Translations under genes and position numbers: made by a program
The notes under the pieces: model-generated
Seen by the model: the letters and a program-made list of their open reading frames with translations, nothing else
Database searches by the model: none
Told to the model about the DNA's origin: nothing
Assembly: GCA_046263155.1 (NCBI GenBank)
Contig: JBHELF010000160.1
Coordinates: 2,814 to 66,813, forward strand
Reading direction: 5' to 3'
DNA: 64,000 bases
DNA from: Actinomycetota bacterium
GTDB lineage: Bacteria; Actinomycetota; CADDZG01; WHSQ01
Part shown: in pieces, positions 9,476 through 19,079 of the stretch
How the letters are laid out: the number at the start of each line of letters is the position of its first letter
Numbering within the stretch: position 1 is the stretch's first letter

Positions 9476-9967
9476 GTGCCCTCGCTTGACTCTGCGGAGT
9501 TGGTCCTTCGCCTAGCCGTCGCAGCCCTATTGGGCGGGCTTATCGGCCTCGAGCGCGAGTTTTCCGATCAGCCCGCCGGCCTGCGGACGCACCTTCTCGT
9601 CGCATTGGGGGCCGCCCTCTTCACTCTGACCGGCGCCTACGGGCTGGCGGTCTTCGCCGGGGGCGCCGAGGACGCAGTTCGCATCGACCCCACGCGCGTC
9701 GCCGCCCAGATCGTTACCGGTATCGGATTTCTCGGAGCCGGAGCGATCATCCAGCAGGGTTTCAGTGTTCGGGGGCTAACGACCGCGGCGGCGCTCTGGG
9801 TCACGGCCGCCGTGGGCATGGCGGTTGCGTTCGGCTACATGATCGGCGCCGTCTTCACGAGCGTCATCGCCATCGTGGCGCTGTACGGTCTTAAGCGCCT
9901 GGAGCGCGTCCTTTTTCCGAAGATTCGTGCCGATCTGAGGCGTTCGGAGGAACGCGAAGAGCCCTAG
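9476..9967 (+). CDS. MgtC/SapB family membrane protein
   Basis: LRLAVAALLGGLIGLEREFSDQPAGLRTHLLVALGAALFT is the MgtC signature region. Confidence 0.85.
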   Translation: MPSLDSAELVLRLAVAALLGGLIGLEREFSDQPAGLRTHLLVALGAALFTLTGAYGLAVFAGGAEDAVRIDPTRVAAQIVTGIGFLGAGAIIQQGFSVRGLTTAAALWVTAAVGMAVAFGYMIGAVFTSVIAIVALYGLKRLERVLFPKIRADLRRSEEREEP

Positions 9968-9991
9968 CCATCCGCTGGATAGTTTGCTCGC

Positions 9992-11122
9992 GTGCAGACC
10001 GAGGCAATCCCGCGGCCTACCACTTCCAGTCGCGATCGCTATGTCGATTTACTACGAGCGTTCTCCCTAGCCGTCGTCGTGGTGGGCCACTGGTTCCTTG
10101 CTCTCATCTGGTGGAGTGATGGACGGATCGGCGTGCATAACGTCGTGGGGCCTACCTCTGGCCTGTGGCCGTTGACCTGGGTCGTGCAGGCTATGCCCCT
10201 CTTCTTCTTCGTAGGGGGCATCTCAAATTTCGAGACCTTTCGGACTCAGATCTCGAGAGGAAGGACGTCTCGGCGCTGGCTGGCTCTTCGAGCCGAGCGA
10301 TTGCTGGGGCCTTTGCTGGCGTTTGCCGCTGCGTGGGGTCTCGCCGAGACGGCATTGCACCTGCTTGGTCTCGGAGGAGGCGGTTTGATTCGAGGAAGCT
10401 TTCTTCCCTTTGTGCCGGTGTGGCTTCTTCTCATCTTTTTAGGGGTGAGGGTAGCCACTCCCGCGATGCTCTGGTTGCATCAACGCGCCGGGGCGTGGGT
10501 GCCGTTCGCGCTCGCGGTTCTCGCTGCGGTCGTCGATCTGCTTCGTTTCTGGCCCAACGTGCCGGCGGTCGGCTGGCTCAATCTCGCACTGGTTTGGTTG
10601 TTCGCACATCAACTTGGGTTCTTCTACGCCGATGGATCACTGGTCCGCGCGGGGCCACGAGTGCATACGTCGATGACGCTCGGAGGTCTTCTGGCGCTCC
10701 TCGTCCTCACGAACCTCAACGTGTACCCCCGGAGCATGGTCGGCACCGACTTGGAGGCCGTGTCGAACATGAATCCTCCGACGCTGTGCATCGTTGCTCT
10801 AACGCTGTCGCTTGTCGGAGCTGCGCTGCTTCTGCGACAGCGAGCCAAGAGCTGGCTTGAGCGGGAGAGGGCCTGGGTGACTCTGGTCGCGAACGCCCGC
10901 ATCATCACTATCTATCTGTGGCATCTGACTGCCTATCTCTTGGCGATCCTGGCGCTATATCCGCTCGGTCTGGGGCGACCGTCGGACGGCACCCTGTCGT
11001 GGTGGCTTCAACGACCGCTCTGGGTCGTCGTCCCTGCCGTGTTTCTGGGGCTTCTCGTGTTCGTGTTCGGCCGCTTTGAGCGCGTTCGCCTTCCATCGAC
11101 TCGTACTGTGGCGGAAGGGTGA
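9992..11122 (+). CDS. acyltransferase family 3 membrane protein
   Basis: RDRYVDLLRAFSLAVVVVGHWF motif plus about 10 hydrophobic helices. Confidence 0.8.
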   Translation: MQTEAIPRPTTSSRDRYVDLLRAFSLAVVVVGHWFLALIWWSDGRIGVHNVVGPTSGLWPLTWVVQAMPLFFFVGGISNFETFRTQISRGRTSRRWLALRAERLLGPLLAFAAAWGLAETALHLLGLGGGGLIRGSFLPFVPVWLLLIFLGVRVATPAMLWLHQRAGAWVPFALAVLAAVVDLLRFWPNVPAVGWLNLALVWLFAHQLGFFYADGSLVRAGPRVHTSMTLGGLLALLVLTNLNVYPRSMVGTDLEAVSNMNPPTLCIVALTLSLVGAALLLRQRAKSWLERERAWVTLVANARIITIYLWHLTAYLLAILALYPLGLGRPSDGTLSWWLQRPLWVVVPAVFLGLLVFVFGRFERVRLPSTRTVAEG

Positions 11123-11165
11123 GCGGCCGCATAATTCGGCGGCCCGTCGCGGATGAGGAGGTGAG

Positions 11166-12200
11166 ATGCGAGAGGAAGTGCGGCTGACCGCGTATTCCCA
11201 CGGTGGTGGCTGAGCCTGCAAGCTCGCCCCCGCCGAGCTTGCGCAGGTCCTGCGTCATGTGAAAACTAGCTCAGCCGATCCCGACGTACTGATTGGTCTC
11301 ACCGCTCCCGACGATGCGGCCGTTCTGCGGATTTCAACCGACCTCGCGATCGTCCAGACCGTTGACTTTTTCACGCCCATAGTCGACGACCCCTTTGCCT
11401 GGGGCCGGATCGCCGCAGCCAACGCGCTGTCGGACATCTACGCAATGGGGGCTCGACCGCGCATTGCGTTGAATCTCATCGGGTGGCCGCGATCGCTCGA
11501 TTTCGAGATCTTGGGACGTGTGCTCGACGGCGCGGGTGACGCATGCGCCGAAGCTGAGGTTGCCATCGTCGGCGGCCATTCCGTGGATGACCCTGAACCC
11601 AAGTATGGGCTCGCGGTAACTGGAACCATCCATCCCGACCGCATCGTTCGAAAGGGGGGCATCGCGCCTCCGACCGAGCTCGTCCTGACCAAGCCGCTGG
11701 GGATGGGAATCATCGCTACCGGAATCAAAGAGCAAAAGACTTCGTCCCAAACCGCAGACGAGGCACAGATGATCATGGGCACTCTGAACCGAGCGGCAGC
11801 CGAGGCGATGCTCGATGTCGGCGTGCAAGCCGCGACCGACGTGACCGGCTTCGGCCTGGTCGGGCACCTTCTGGAAATGCTAGGCGACGGACTGGATGCG
11901 GAGCTCGAGTTTCCGAGCGTCCCGGTCATCCCCGCGGCCTTCGAACTACTACGCCAAGGCGCATGGCCCGGCGGCAGCCAGCGAAACTTTTCGTCGCTCC
12001 GCGGAAACGTCGATTCAAAGAATCGCGAAGAGGAGGAGCTGAAGGTCATCTTCGATGCACAGACCTCCGGCGGGTTGCTGATAGCGGTCGAACCCAACAA
12101 GACCGAGCCGCTGCTGAGCGAACTCCACGCGAGAGGCGTCGCGGGAGGTACGCGAATCGGAAAGGTGAGCGAAGGTAGCGGAAGGATCTCCGTTGTCTGA
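11166..12200 (+). CDS. selD: selenide, water dikinase SelD, selenocysteine-containing (UGA at 11211-11213)
   Basis: Same frame as tracked ORF 11259-12200. N-terminus reads MREEVRLTAYSHGGG-U-ACKLAP, matching E. coli YSHGAGCGCK. GGAGG precedes ATG 11166. Downstream: DFFTPIVDDPFAWGRIAAANALSDIYAMGA. Confidence 0.9.
11215..11247 (+). promoter_or_regulatory. SECIS-like stem-loop immediately 3' of the selD UGA
   Basis: CCUGC/AAGCUCG pairs with CGAGCUU/(GC bulge)/GCAGG, giving 5+7 bp with a 7-nt loop CCCCCGC. Confidence 0.65.
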
Positions 12201-12636
12201 TCGTGCCCCAGCCGCGACGGAGCTATCTCTCACTCGGTCTCAAGCTGAGCAAATGATCGCCCACTGTGAGGCGGGGCGGCCCAATGAAGCCTGCGGTCTC
12301 CTGGCGACAAGAGATGGGGCCATCGTGAAGGTTTTCCCGATGCAGAATGTCGCAGGAAGTCCCGTCCGCTACGAACTTGATCCCGCCGAGCAATTCGCCG
12401 TCTACAAAACTCTCGAGGAGCACGGCTGGGACCTTGGCGGTGTCTTCCATTCTCATACCCGTACTGCCGCCTATCCGTCGCCAACCGACATCAGACTTGC
12501 CAGCGAGGACGTCCCGTACTTGATCCTCTCGCTCGCGGAACAACCACCCTCGATTCGGGCATTCCGCATCGTCAAGGCAAGTTGGACTGATACCACCGGG
12601 GACGTGGAGGAAGTACCGGTGCTGATCGTCGGTTGA
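12193..12636 (+). CDS. mec: JAMM/MPN+ metalloprotease Mec (CysO-cysteine peptidase)
   Basis: HSHTRTAAYPSPTD JAMM motif and NEACG. TTG start overlaps the selD stop by 8 nt. Position is upstream of cysO-cysM as in M. tuberculosis Rv1334. Confidence 0.85.
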   Translation: MSDRAPAATELSLTRSQAEQMIAHCEAGRPNEACGLLATRDGAIVKVFPMQNVAGSPVRYELDPAEQFAVYKTLEEHGWDLGGVFHSHTRTAAYPSPTDIRLASEDVPYLILSLAEQPPSIRAFRIVKASWTDTTGDVEEVPVLIVG

Positions 12637-12708
12637 CTACGATGGTCTTAGCGGTGGCCGTCGGCGACGAGTCGAGATCGCCGGGACGGAGCACTCAAAG
12701 GAGGACGT

Positions 12709-12987
12709 TTGACAGTCGAAGTACGCATCCCGACCGTGCTGCGGCGATTCACCGACGGAAGTTCGTCGGTTGAGCTCGAACCCGGCACGCTTGGGGGCCT
12801 GATCGACCAACTGGAGGCTAAGTATCCCGGCCTACGCGGGCAGCTTCGCGATTCGGCCGGAGACCTACACCGTTTCGTGAACGTGTACGTAAACGATGAG
12901 GATGCCCGCTATCTGGACAAGCTCGACACGAAGGTGTCGGAGGGAGACGCAGTCTCGCTGCTTCCATCTGTCGCCGGAGGCTCGTGA
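12709..12987 (+). CDS. cysO: ThiS/MoaD-family sulfur carrier protein CysO
   Basis: 92 aa ending ...VSLLPSVAGGS. AAGGAGG lies 5 nt before TTG 12709. Located between mec and cysM. Confidence 0.85.
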   Translation: MTVEVRIPTVLRRFTDGSSSVELEPGTLGGLIDQLEAKYPGLRGQLRDSAGDLHRFVNVYVNDEDARYLDKLDTKVSEGDAVSLLPSVAGGS

Positions 12988-13934
12988 AGTTCAAGTCGAT
13001 CCTCGACGCCATCGGGCATACGCCCCTCGTAGAGGTCCCGAAACTCTCGCCGACTCCGGACGTGCGGTTGTGGGTCAAGCTGGAGGGCGAGAACCCAACC
13101 GGTTCGGTGAAGGATCGAATCGCGCTCGCGATGGTCGAGGCGGGCGAGTCCTCAGGTGACCTGACCAAGGACAAGATCATTCTCGAGCCGACGTCGGGCA
13201 ACACCGGCATTGCCCTGGCGATGGTGGCAAAGACGCGCGGCTACTCCTTCACCGCGGTGTTGCCGGACAACGCGAGTTCCGAACGAGTGCAATTGCTGAA
13301 GGCCTTCGGGGCCGAGATCGTCTTCTCGGAAGGCGCCAAGGGGACCAATGGCTCGGTAGTTCTCGCCCAAGAGCTCGCGCGGGACAAGCGTTACTTCATG
13401 CCGTTCCAGTACGGAAATCCCGCCAATGTGCAGGCGCATTACGACGGGACCGGTCGCGAGATCCTGGAGGATCTCGGGAGCGATTCGAGGCTCCGGGCCT
13501 TCGTCGCAGGGTTGGGAACGGGTGGAACCCTTATGGGGGTGGGCAGACGACTCAAAGAGCACGACGACTCCATCAAGATCGTCGCGGCGGAGCCGGAGTT
13601 GGGAGAACTCGTATATGGGCTTCGGTCGCTCGATGAGGGCTATATCCCTCCGATCTTCGATCCCGACATGCTCGACGCCAAGATCAAGGTCCGCGCTCGA
13701 GAGTCGATCGTCTGGACTAGGGAGTTACTGCAAAAGGAGGGCATCTTCGCGGGGATCTCGGCCGGCGCCGTCATCTGGGTTGCCCAACGAGCGGCGGAAC
13801 GCGTCGCCCGCGACGGCGGCGGGGACATAGTTTGCCTGCTCGCCGATGGCGGGTGGAAGTACCTTTCGACTGAAGCTTGGACGCAGGACATCGATACGGC
13901 CGAAGCTCAGGTAGAAGAGGTGCTGTGGTGGTAG
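12984..13934 (+). CDS. cysM: cysteine synthase CysM (O-phosphoserine sulfhydrylase type)
   Basis: GHTPLVEV...LEGENPTGSVKDRIA (PLP lysine) and EPTSGNTGIALA. 4-nt overlap with cysO. Confidence 0.9.
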   Translation: MKFKSILDAIGHTPLVEVPKLSPTPDVRLWVKLEGENPTGSVKDRIALAMVEAGESSGDLTKDKIILEPTSGNTGIALAMVAKTRGYSFTAVLPDNASSERVQLLKAFGAEIVFSEGAKGTNGSVVLAQELARDKRYFMPFQYGNPANVQAHYDGTGREILEDLGSDSRLRAFVAGLGTGGTLMGVGRRLKEHDDSIKIVAAEPELGELVYGLRSLDEGYIPPIFDPDMLDAKIKVRARESIVWTRELLQKEGIFAGISAGAVIWVAQRAAERVARDGGGDIVCLLADGGWKYLSTEAWTQDIDTAEAQVEEVLWW

Positions 13935-14788
13935 ATGCGCGTCGCCCCATAGGTATGTTCGATTCGGGTGTCGGCGGCCTGACGGTCGCCAGGGCGGTCA
14001 TCGACGAACTCCCCCACGAGGACCTGATCTATTTTGGAGATACCGCTCGCTGCCCTTACGGGCCACGTCCGCGGGCGGAGGTCAAGAAGTTTGCGCTGCA
14101 GATCATGGATCGCCTCGTCGCCGAGGACGTGAAGGTCCTCGTGATCGCGTGCAACGCCGCGTCTTCGAGCGCGCTGGAGGCGGCTCGCGAGCGTTACGAC
14201 GTTCCGATCATCGACGTGATTCAGCCGGGCGCGAAGGCGGCGGTGGCGGCCTCGCGGAACAGACACATCGGCGTGATCGGCACACAGGTCACCATCGATA
14301 GCGGCGCTTATCCACGTGCGATCGCAGGGCTCGATCGGGATGTAACTACCACTTCTAATGCGTGTCCCCGTTTCGTAGAGTTCGTCGAGCGAGGTGACAC
14401 GACATCCGACGAGCTGCTGGCTGCGGCGGAGCAGTACCTGGAACCGCTCAAGAAGGCGGGAGTGGATACATTGATCCTCGGTTGCACGCACTATCCGCTG
14501 CTGGCCGGGCTTATCCAGTACGTGATGGGACCGGAGGTCTTATTGATCTCCAGCGCGCAGGTGACCGCGAACGAGGTTTACGGCGTCCTGAAGTCGGATG
14601 ACTTGCTCAGCCCGTCGGATCGACAGGGGGCTCACCGCTTCGTGGCCTCCGACGCCGGAGGCATTTTCAGCCAACTTGGCAAGCGCTTCCTGGGGCCGGA
14701 ATTCGGCGAGGTCGAGCACAGTCCCTGGGAAATCGAGGTTGTTCTCGATCTCGCCCCCGGACCCGAAGCGGCGAGTGGCCCCGGATGA
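13925..14788 (+). CDS. murI: glutamate racemase
   Basis: IGMFDSGVGGLTVA...YFGDTARCPYG...ACNAAS...GCTHYPLL. GTG 13925/13928 overlaps the cysM stop. The tracked start at 13877 is less likely. Confidence 0.9.
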   Translation: MVVDARRPIGMFDSGVGGLTVARAVIDELPHEDLIYFGDTARCPYGPRPRAEVKKFALQIMDRLVAEDVKVLVIACNAASSSALEAARERYDVPIIDVIQPGAKAAVAASRNRHIGVIGTQVTIDSGAYPRAIAGLDRDVTTTSNACPRFVEFVERGDTTSDELLAAAEQYLEPLKKAGVDTLILGCTHYPLLAGLIQYVMGPEVLLISSAQVTANEVYGVLKSDDLLSPSDRQGAHRFVASDAGGIFSQLGKRFLGPEFGEVEHSPWEIEVVLDLAPGPEAASGPG

Positions 14789-15531
14789 CCTTTGCCGTCA
14801 CGGTTCTCGGGAGTTCCGCCATGTTTGCTACGCCTGAGCGCGCGTGCTCGGGCTATTTACTCGAATTGGGGGGTTTGCGCGTCTGGCTGGATGCGGGAGC
14901 AGGCACCTGGCGCAATCTGATACAGCATGTCGACTTCGCGGATCTCGATGGAATCATCCTGAGTCATCGTCATCCCGATCACGTGACCGATGTGTTTCAG
15001 GCATTCCACGCACGCCATTACGGCGGGCCCGTGCCGATGGCTTCGATCCCCGTTTGGGCTCCCGCTGAGACGATCGAACGAATAACCGGGTATTACCGCG
15101 AGTTGGACCAAGGGTTCAATGTGAGAGCGATCTCGGAGGGCGAGACCGCTGAGGAATGGGGGGCCACGGTGAGTTTCGTGCGCATGGCTCACCCACCCGA
15201 GACCCTTGGGGTCAGAGTGGAGTTCGATGGGAGTGCGCTCGCGTACTCCGCCGATAGCGGAGAGGAAGCGGATTTCGATCGCCTTGCCGGAGATGCTGAT
15301 GTATTTCTCTGCGAGGCAACCTTTCAGGATTCCGACGAGCCGTGGTTCGGGCACCTCAGCGCCGCCCAGGCCGCGCGAGTGGGATCGCGCGTGAAGGCCA
15401 AGAAGGTCGTCCTCACACACTTGCCCCCCGGCCGTGACTTCGGGTTATCCCTTGCCGAGGCGCAGCGAGAAGCTGAGGACCTCGATGTGCAGCTAGCGGC
15501 GGACGGATTGCGCCTGGAGCTCTCGGCGTGA
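14785..15531 (+). CDS. MBL-fold metallo-hydrolase (Rv1339-like position)
   Basis: [12 protein letters not shown] (HxHxDH) motif. Sits between murI and rph as in mycobacteria. Confidence 0.8.
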   Translation: MTFAVTVLGSSAMFATPERACSGYLLELGGLRVWLDAGAGTWRNLIQHVDFADLDGIILSHRHPDHVTDVFQAFHARHYGGPVPMASIPVWAPAETIERITGYYRELDQGFNVRAISEGETAEEWGATVSFVRMAHPPETLGVRVEFDGSALAYSADSGEEADFDRLAGDADVFLCEATFQDSDEPWFGHLSAAQAARVGSRVKAKKVVLTHLPPGRDFGLSLAEAQREAEDLDVQLAADGLRLELSA

Positions 15532-16247
15532 CACGCGGAGATGGGCGAGCCGCGGACGAGTTGCGAGCCGTCAGTCTGACTTCTGGATTCATGCCCAATG
15601 CCGAGGGGTCATGTCTGGCTGAGATGGGTGGGACGAAGGTGATCTGTTCGGCTTCGATGGAGGAAGGTGTGCCGCGCTGGCTTCTCGGACGGGGCCAAGG
15701 ATGGGTAACTGCCGAGTACGGCATGCTTCCGCGCGCGACGAACGAGCGGGTTCCCCGCGAGGTTAACAAAGGACGTCCTTCCGGCCGAACGCAAGAGATT
15801 CAGCGGTTGATCGGACGGTCTCTGCGCGCCGTCGTCGACATGGCAAAGATCGGCGAGATCACAGTGTGGGTCGATTGCGATGTCTTGCAGGCCGATGGCG
15901 GAACCCGGACGGCGTCGATCACCGGGGCGTACGTGGCTTTGGCGGAGGCCCTCGCCAAACGTGGCGGGGGGCGAAAGGACGCCCTAATCAGCACGGTCTC
16001 TGCGGTGAGCGTTGGGATCATCGACGGCGTCCCCTGTCTCGATCTCAACTATGCGGAGGACTCCACGGCGCAGGTCGACATGAACGTCGTGATGACCGGG
16101 GCCGGAAAACTCGTGGAGGTACAAGGCACCGCCGAGCATGGGGCGTTTGATCGGGCCGAGCTCGATCTGCTTCTCGATCTCGCGGCCAAGGGGATCAAGG
16201 AGCTCACGGCTTATCAGGAGAAGGCACTCGCCGGTCCGTCTTCGTGA
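15528..16247 (+). CDS. rph: ribonuclease PH
   Basis: [52 protein letters not shown]. Confidence 0.95.
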   Translation: MTRGDGRAADELRAVSLTSGFMPNAEGSCLAEMGGTKVICSASMEEGVPRWLLGRGQGWVTAEYGMLPRATNERVPREVNKGRPSGRTQEIQRLIGRSLRAVVDMAKIGEITVWVDCDVLQADGGTRTASITGAYVALAEALAKRGGGRKDALISTVSAVSVGIIDGVPCLDLNYAEDSTAQVDMNVVMTGAGKLVEVQGTAEHGAFDRAELDLLLDLAAKGIKELTAYQEKALAGPSS

Positions 16248-16837
16248 GGGCAGTCTTTGCGTCACGCAACCGGCACAAGGCCGAGCAAGTCGGATTGATC
16301 CTGTCGGACATCGAGCTCGTTGCCATCGACGACGTGGCTCCCGATCTTCAGCTCGTAGAACCTTTCTCAACTTTTCGCGCAAACGCGCTACACAAAGGCC
16401 GCGTGGCCTCCGATGCGACCGGTCTCCCCGTTATCGCAGACGACTCTGGACTGGAGGTTCCCGCCCTTGGTGGTGCCCCGGGAGTCCAATCGGCCCGCTT
16501 CGCCGGAGAGAACGCGACCGACGCAGAGAACAATGCAATGCTCGTCGAGCTGCTTCGTGAAGTCCCTCCCGACGGCCGAGGCGCTCGCTATCGTTGCGTG
16601 GCGGTCTTCGTGGCTCCGGACGGAGAGGAGATCGTCACGGAGGGGTTCTGTGACGGGACCCTGGTGCTGGAGGGCCGAGGCGACCTCGGGTTCGGCTACG
16701 ACCCTCACTTCGTCCCCGAGGACGAAACGCGGACGATGGGGGAGATACCGCTGGAGGAAAAGCTTCGCTTCAGCCACCGAGGTCGCGCCTTCCGTGCGTT
16801 GGCAGACCGGCTCGCCGAGCTGGGCAAGTTGAGATAG
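16244..16837 (+). CDS. rdgB: non-canonical purine NTP pyrophosphatase (RdgB/HAM1)
   Basis: [48 protein letters not shown]. Confidence 0.9.
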   Translation: MRAVFASRNRHKAEQVGLILSDIELVAIDDVAPDLQLVEPFSTFRANALHKGRVASDATGLPVIADDSGLEVPALGGAPGVQSARFAGENATDAENNAMLVELLREVPPDGRGARYRCVAVFVAPDGEEIVTEGFCDGTLVLEGRGDLGFGYDPHFVPEDETRTMGEIPLEEKLRFSHRGRAFRALADRLAELGKLR

Positions 16838-16847
16838 TTCTTCGTAT

Positions 16848-17666
16848 CTAAAGTTCGACCCAGTCTGGAACGGTCTTCCTTACAAGGCTCACGACTTCAT
16901 CGTGCAGGGTGCCGCAGGTCGTTAAACAGGAGCCGCCCTCGGTCCACACTCCTCCGTTCGCACGCGTTAGCCGCCCCCCTGCCTCCTCGATGATCGGTTG
17001 AAGCGCAACTACGTCCCAGGGCTTGAGCAGCGGCTCCACCATCACGTGGGCCGCGCCGCGCGCCACCAAGACGTGTCCCCAGAAGTCGCCGAGCCCGCGC
17101 GTGCGGCGGACGCGCCCGACGATCTCGTCGAAGAATCCGCTCCAGCCGGAGGCGTGCAGATGCTCGGCCCCGCCGTAAAGAAAGACGGCGTCCTCCAGTC
17201 GCTCTATGAGGTCGACGGTGATTGAGGACCCGTTGAGCCGAGCGCCGAGCCCCAGCGCCGCGTCGTAGGTCTCGGCCAAGGCGGGGGCATGGCACACGCC
17301 GACGACGCTTCGTTCGTCAATTCTCAGACCGATCAACGTGCCCCAGATCGGTATGCCGTCAATGTAGTTGTTGGTCCCGTCGATGGGATCCACCACCCAG
17401 GTCGGTGAGTTTGGGTTGGGGGGCCCACCTCCTGCTGCGGTCAGCCCCTCCTCCTCGCCGAGGATGTTGTGATCCGGAAAAGTGCGCGCGATGCGCAAGC
17501 GAATCTGAGCCTCGACCGCCCAATCCGCCTCGGTAACGAACGTTCCATCGGCCTTCTGTTCGCGTCGTGGATCGCGACCGAAGTGACTGAGCGCAATGCG
17601 GCCGCCAAGGCGCGCCGCCTTGAGTGCGAACTCAAGCTCCGTCGAGTAGTCGTGAACGCGCGACAT
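16848..17666 (-). CDS. inositol monophosphatase family protein (possibly histidinol-phosphatase HisN)
   Basis: ILGEE, WVVDPIDGTNNY and DVVALQPIIEEAGG motifs. Confidence 0.85.
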   Translation of the reverse strand: MSRVHDYSTELEFALKAARLGGRIALSHFGRDPRREQKADGTFVTEADWAVEAQIRLRIARTFPDHNILGEEEGLTAAGGGPPNPNSPTWVVDPIDGTNNYIDGIPIWGTLIGLRIDERSVVGVCHAPALAETYDAALGLGARLNGSSITVDLIERLEDAVFLYGGAEHLHASGWSGFFDEIVGRVRRTRGLGDFWGHVLVARGAAHVMVEPLLKPWDVVALQPIIEEAGGRLTRANGGVWTEGGSCLTTCGTLHDEVVSLVRKTVPDWVEL

Positions 17667-17799
17667 GGACTTGATCCTATGGACGCCCGCCCTGTTAGCA
17701 AGCGAACTCCGGATCTGTCATCGCTCTAACCAATTCCGGCCTCGATAGGCGCCAGCATGGCCATGCAGAACGAAAAACCGTTCACGGGGAGGGAGCAAC

Positions 17800-18936
17800 A
17801 TGAGCACATTCCAGAATCTGGTGCGGGGGAGCGCGCGGTCTCTTCTGGTCGCCGTGCTCGTCTTGGTCATTGTTCTCAGCACGGTGGCACCTGCTTACGC
17901 GGCTCCACCGGCGAATGACGATTTCGACAGCGCTGTGGAGATCCAATCAATTCCCTTTTCCTTTATTCAGGACACGACCGAAGCCACCGCGGCAGACGAC
18001 GATCCCGAAGCCTGTGCGCAAACTGGTCACACCGTCTGGTACGAGGTGACGCTTACATCGCCGGCCGAGCTCGAAGCCGACACCTTCGGTAGCGACTACG
18101 ACACGCTGCTCGCGGTCTACATCGGAGCGCGCGGCACGCTGCTAGAGATCGGCTGCAACGACGACTTCGGTTCGGGAAAACAGTCGCGGCTGCGCTGGAA
18201 CGCACAACCTGGAATCAGCTACTACATCATGGCGGCGGGCGTCGAGGACGCAGCGGGGTTGCTGGACTTCGATCTGAACACGGCCCCCGCGCCCGTGGAG
18301 CTGGCCCTGTCATACGACCCGACCGAATGGGTGAATTCCATCTCGGGCCGCCCGGTTATTACCGGAACACTCGACTGCAGCACCCAGCAGAGCGGCGTAA
18401 TCGTGCAGATCGAAGTCACGCAACGCGTGCAGGGCAAGCAAATAAGAGGCTCGGGCAGCACCCAAGTCGACTGCAGTGGACCCACGCGCTGGTTGATCGA
18501 CGTGTCCACCCGAGACAACGCGCACTTCACGTGGGGAAGAGTGGGGATCGACGGCGAGGCCTTCGAGCACAGACAGGGTGCCGAGACTCATCGCTCTGAT
18601 ACAGCCCTGCTGGTGCCGTGCAGCCGGATCGGCACGCTGCGAGACGACCAACTCAAGGGCACGCCGGATCGTGATCAAGTGTGTGGACTGGACGGAAACG
18701 ACAGGATCTCAGGTCGGGGCGGCGACGACACGATCCGGGGCGGCTACGGCGACGACACCCTGGTGGCACACGACGGCAACGATGTCTTGTTCGGCGGCGA
18801 TGGCGCCGACGAGATGTTCGGGAGTGCCGGGAACGACAAGCTCGATGGTGCCGAGGGTGACGATGTCATGAATGGCGGTGCGGGCAACGACCGGTGCTTC
18901 GGGGGACCGGGCAACAACCGCTCTGTCAGCTGCTAG
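17800..18936 (+). CDS. secreted protein with a PPC-like N-terminal domain and C-terminal RTX-type calcium-binding repeats
   Basis: Signal peptide ending APAYA. ANDDFDSA...TVWYEV...DTLLAVY...CNDD. C-terminal GNDRISGRGGDDTIRGGYGDDTL...GGDGADEMFGSAGNDKLDGAEGDD. Confidence 0.8.
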   Translation: MSTFQNLVRGSARSLLVAVLVLVIVLSTVAPAYAAPPANDDFDSAVEIQSIPFSFIQDTTEATAADDDPEACAQTGHTVWYEVTLTSPAELEADTFGSDYDTLLAVYIGARGTLLEIGCNDDFGSGKQSRLRWNAQPGISYYIMAAGVEDAAGLLDFDLNTAPAPVELALSYDPTEWVNSISGRPVITGTLDCSTQQSGVIVQIEVTQRVQGKQIRGSGSTQVDCSGPTRWLIDVSTRDNAHFTWGRVGIDGEAFEHRQGAETHRSDTALLVPCSRIGTLRDDQLKGTPDRDQVCGLDGNDRISGRGGDDTIRGGYGDDTLVAHDGNDVLFGGDGADEMFGSAGNDKLDGAEGDDVMNGGAGNDRCFGGPGNNRSVSC

Positions 18937-18953
18937 CGATTTCCGCGGGATTG

Positions 18954-18985
18954 ATGGGACGGGGTTTGAAACACCCCCGTCCCAT
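18954..18985. terminator. 11-bp perfect hairpin between convergent CDS and tRNA-Leu (no U-tract)
   Basis: ATGGGACGGGG (18954-18964) pairs with CCCCGTCCCAT (18975-18985). Confidence 0.5.
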
Positions 18986-18995
18986 TGTGCGAAGG

Positions 18996-19079
18996 TGCGG
19001 GCGGAGGGACTCGAACCCCCAAGCTCTTTCGAGCAATAGCTCCTAAGGCTATCGTGAATACCAATTCCACCACGCCCGC
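18996..19079 (-). tRNA. tRNA-Leu(UAG): tRNA-Leu, anticodon UAG, long variable arm
   Basis: Reverse complement folds as GCGGGCG-acceptor, anticodon arm ATAGC/CTTAGGA/GCTAT, variable arm GCTC-GAAA-GAGC, T-arm GGGGG/TTCGAGT/CCCTC, then CGCCCGC-A. Confidence 0.9.

Noticed and set aside
11438-12100. 220-aa reverse-strand ORF inside selD, and similar long antisense or off-frame ORFs in the track: 2090-2728, 2487-3296, 28930-29793, 40512-41201, 44392-44973, 58008-58748, 54420-54956.
   Set aside because: These are typical shadow ORFs of high-GC DNA. Their composition is rich in Arg/Pro/Ser/Ala, they lack SD sequences, and each lies opposite or out of frame with a gene that has strong family motifs.
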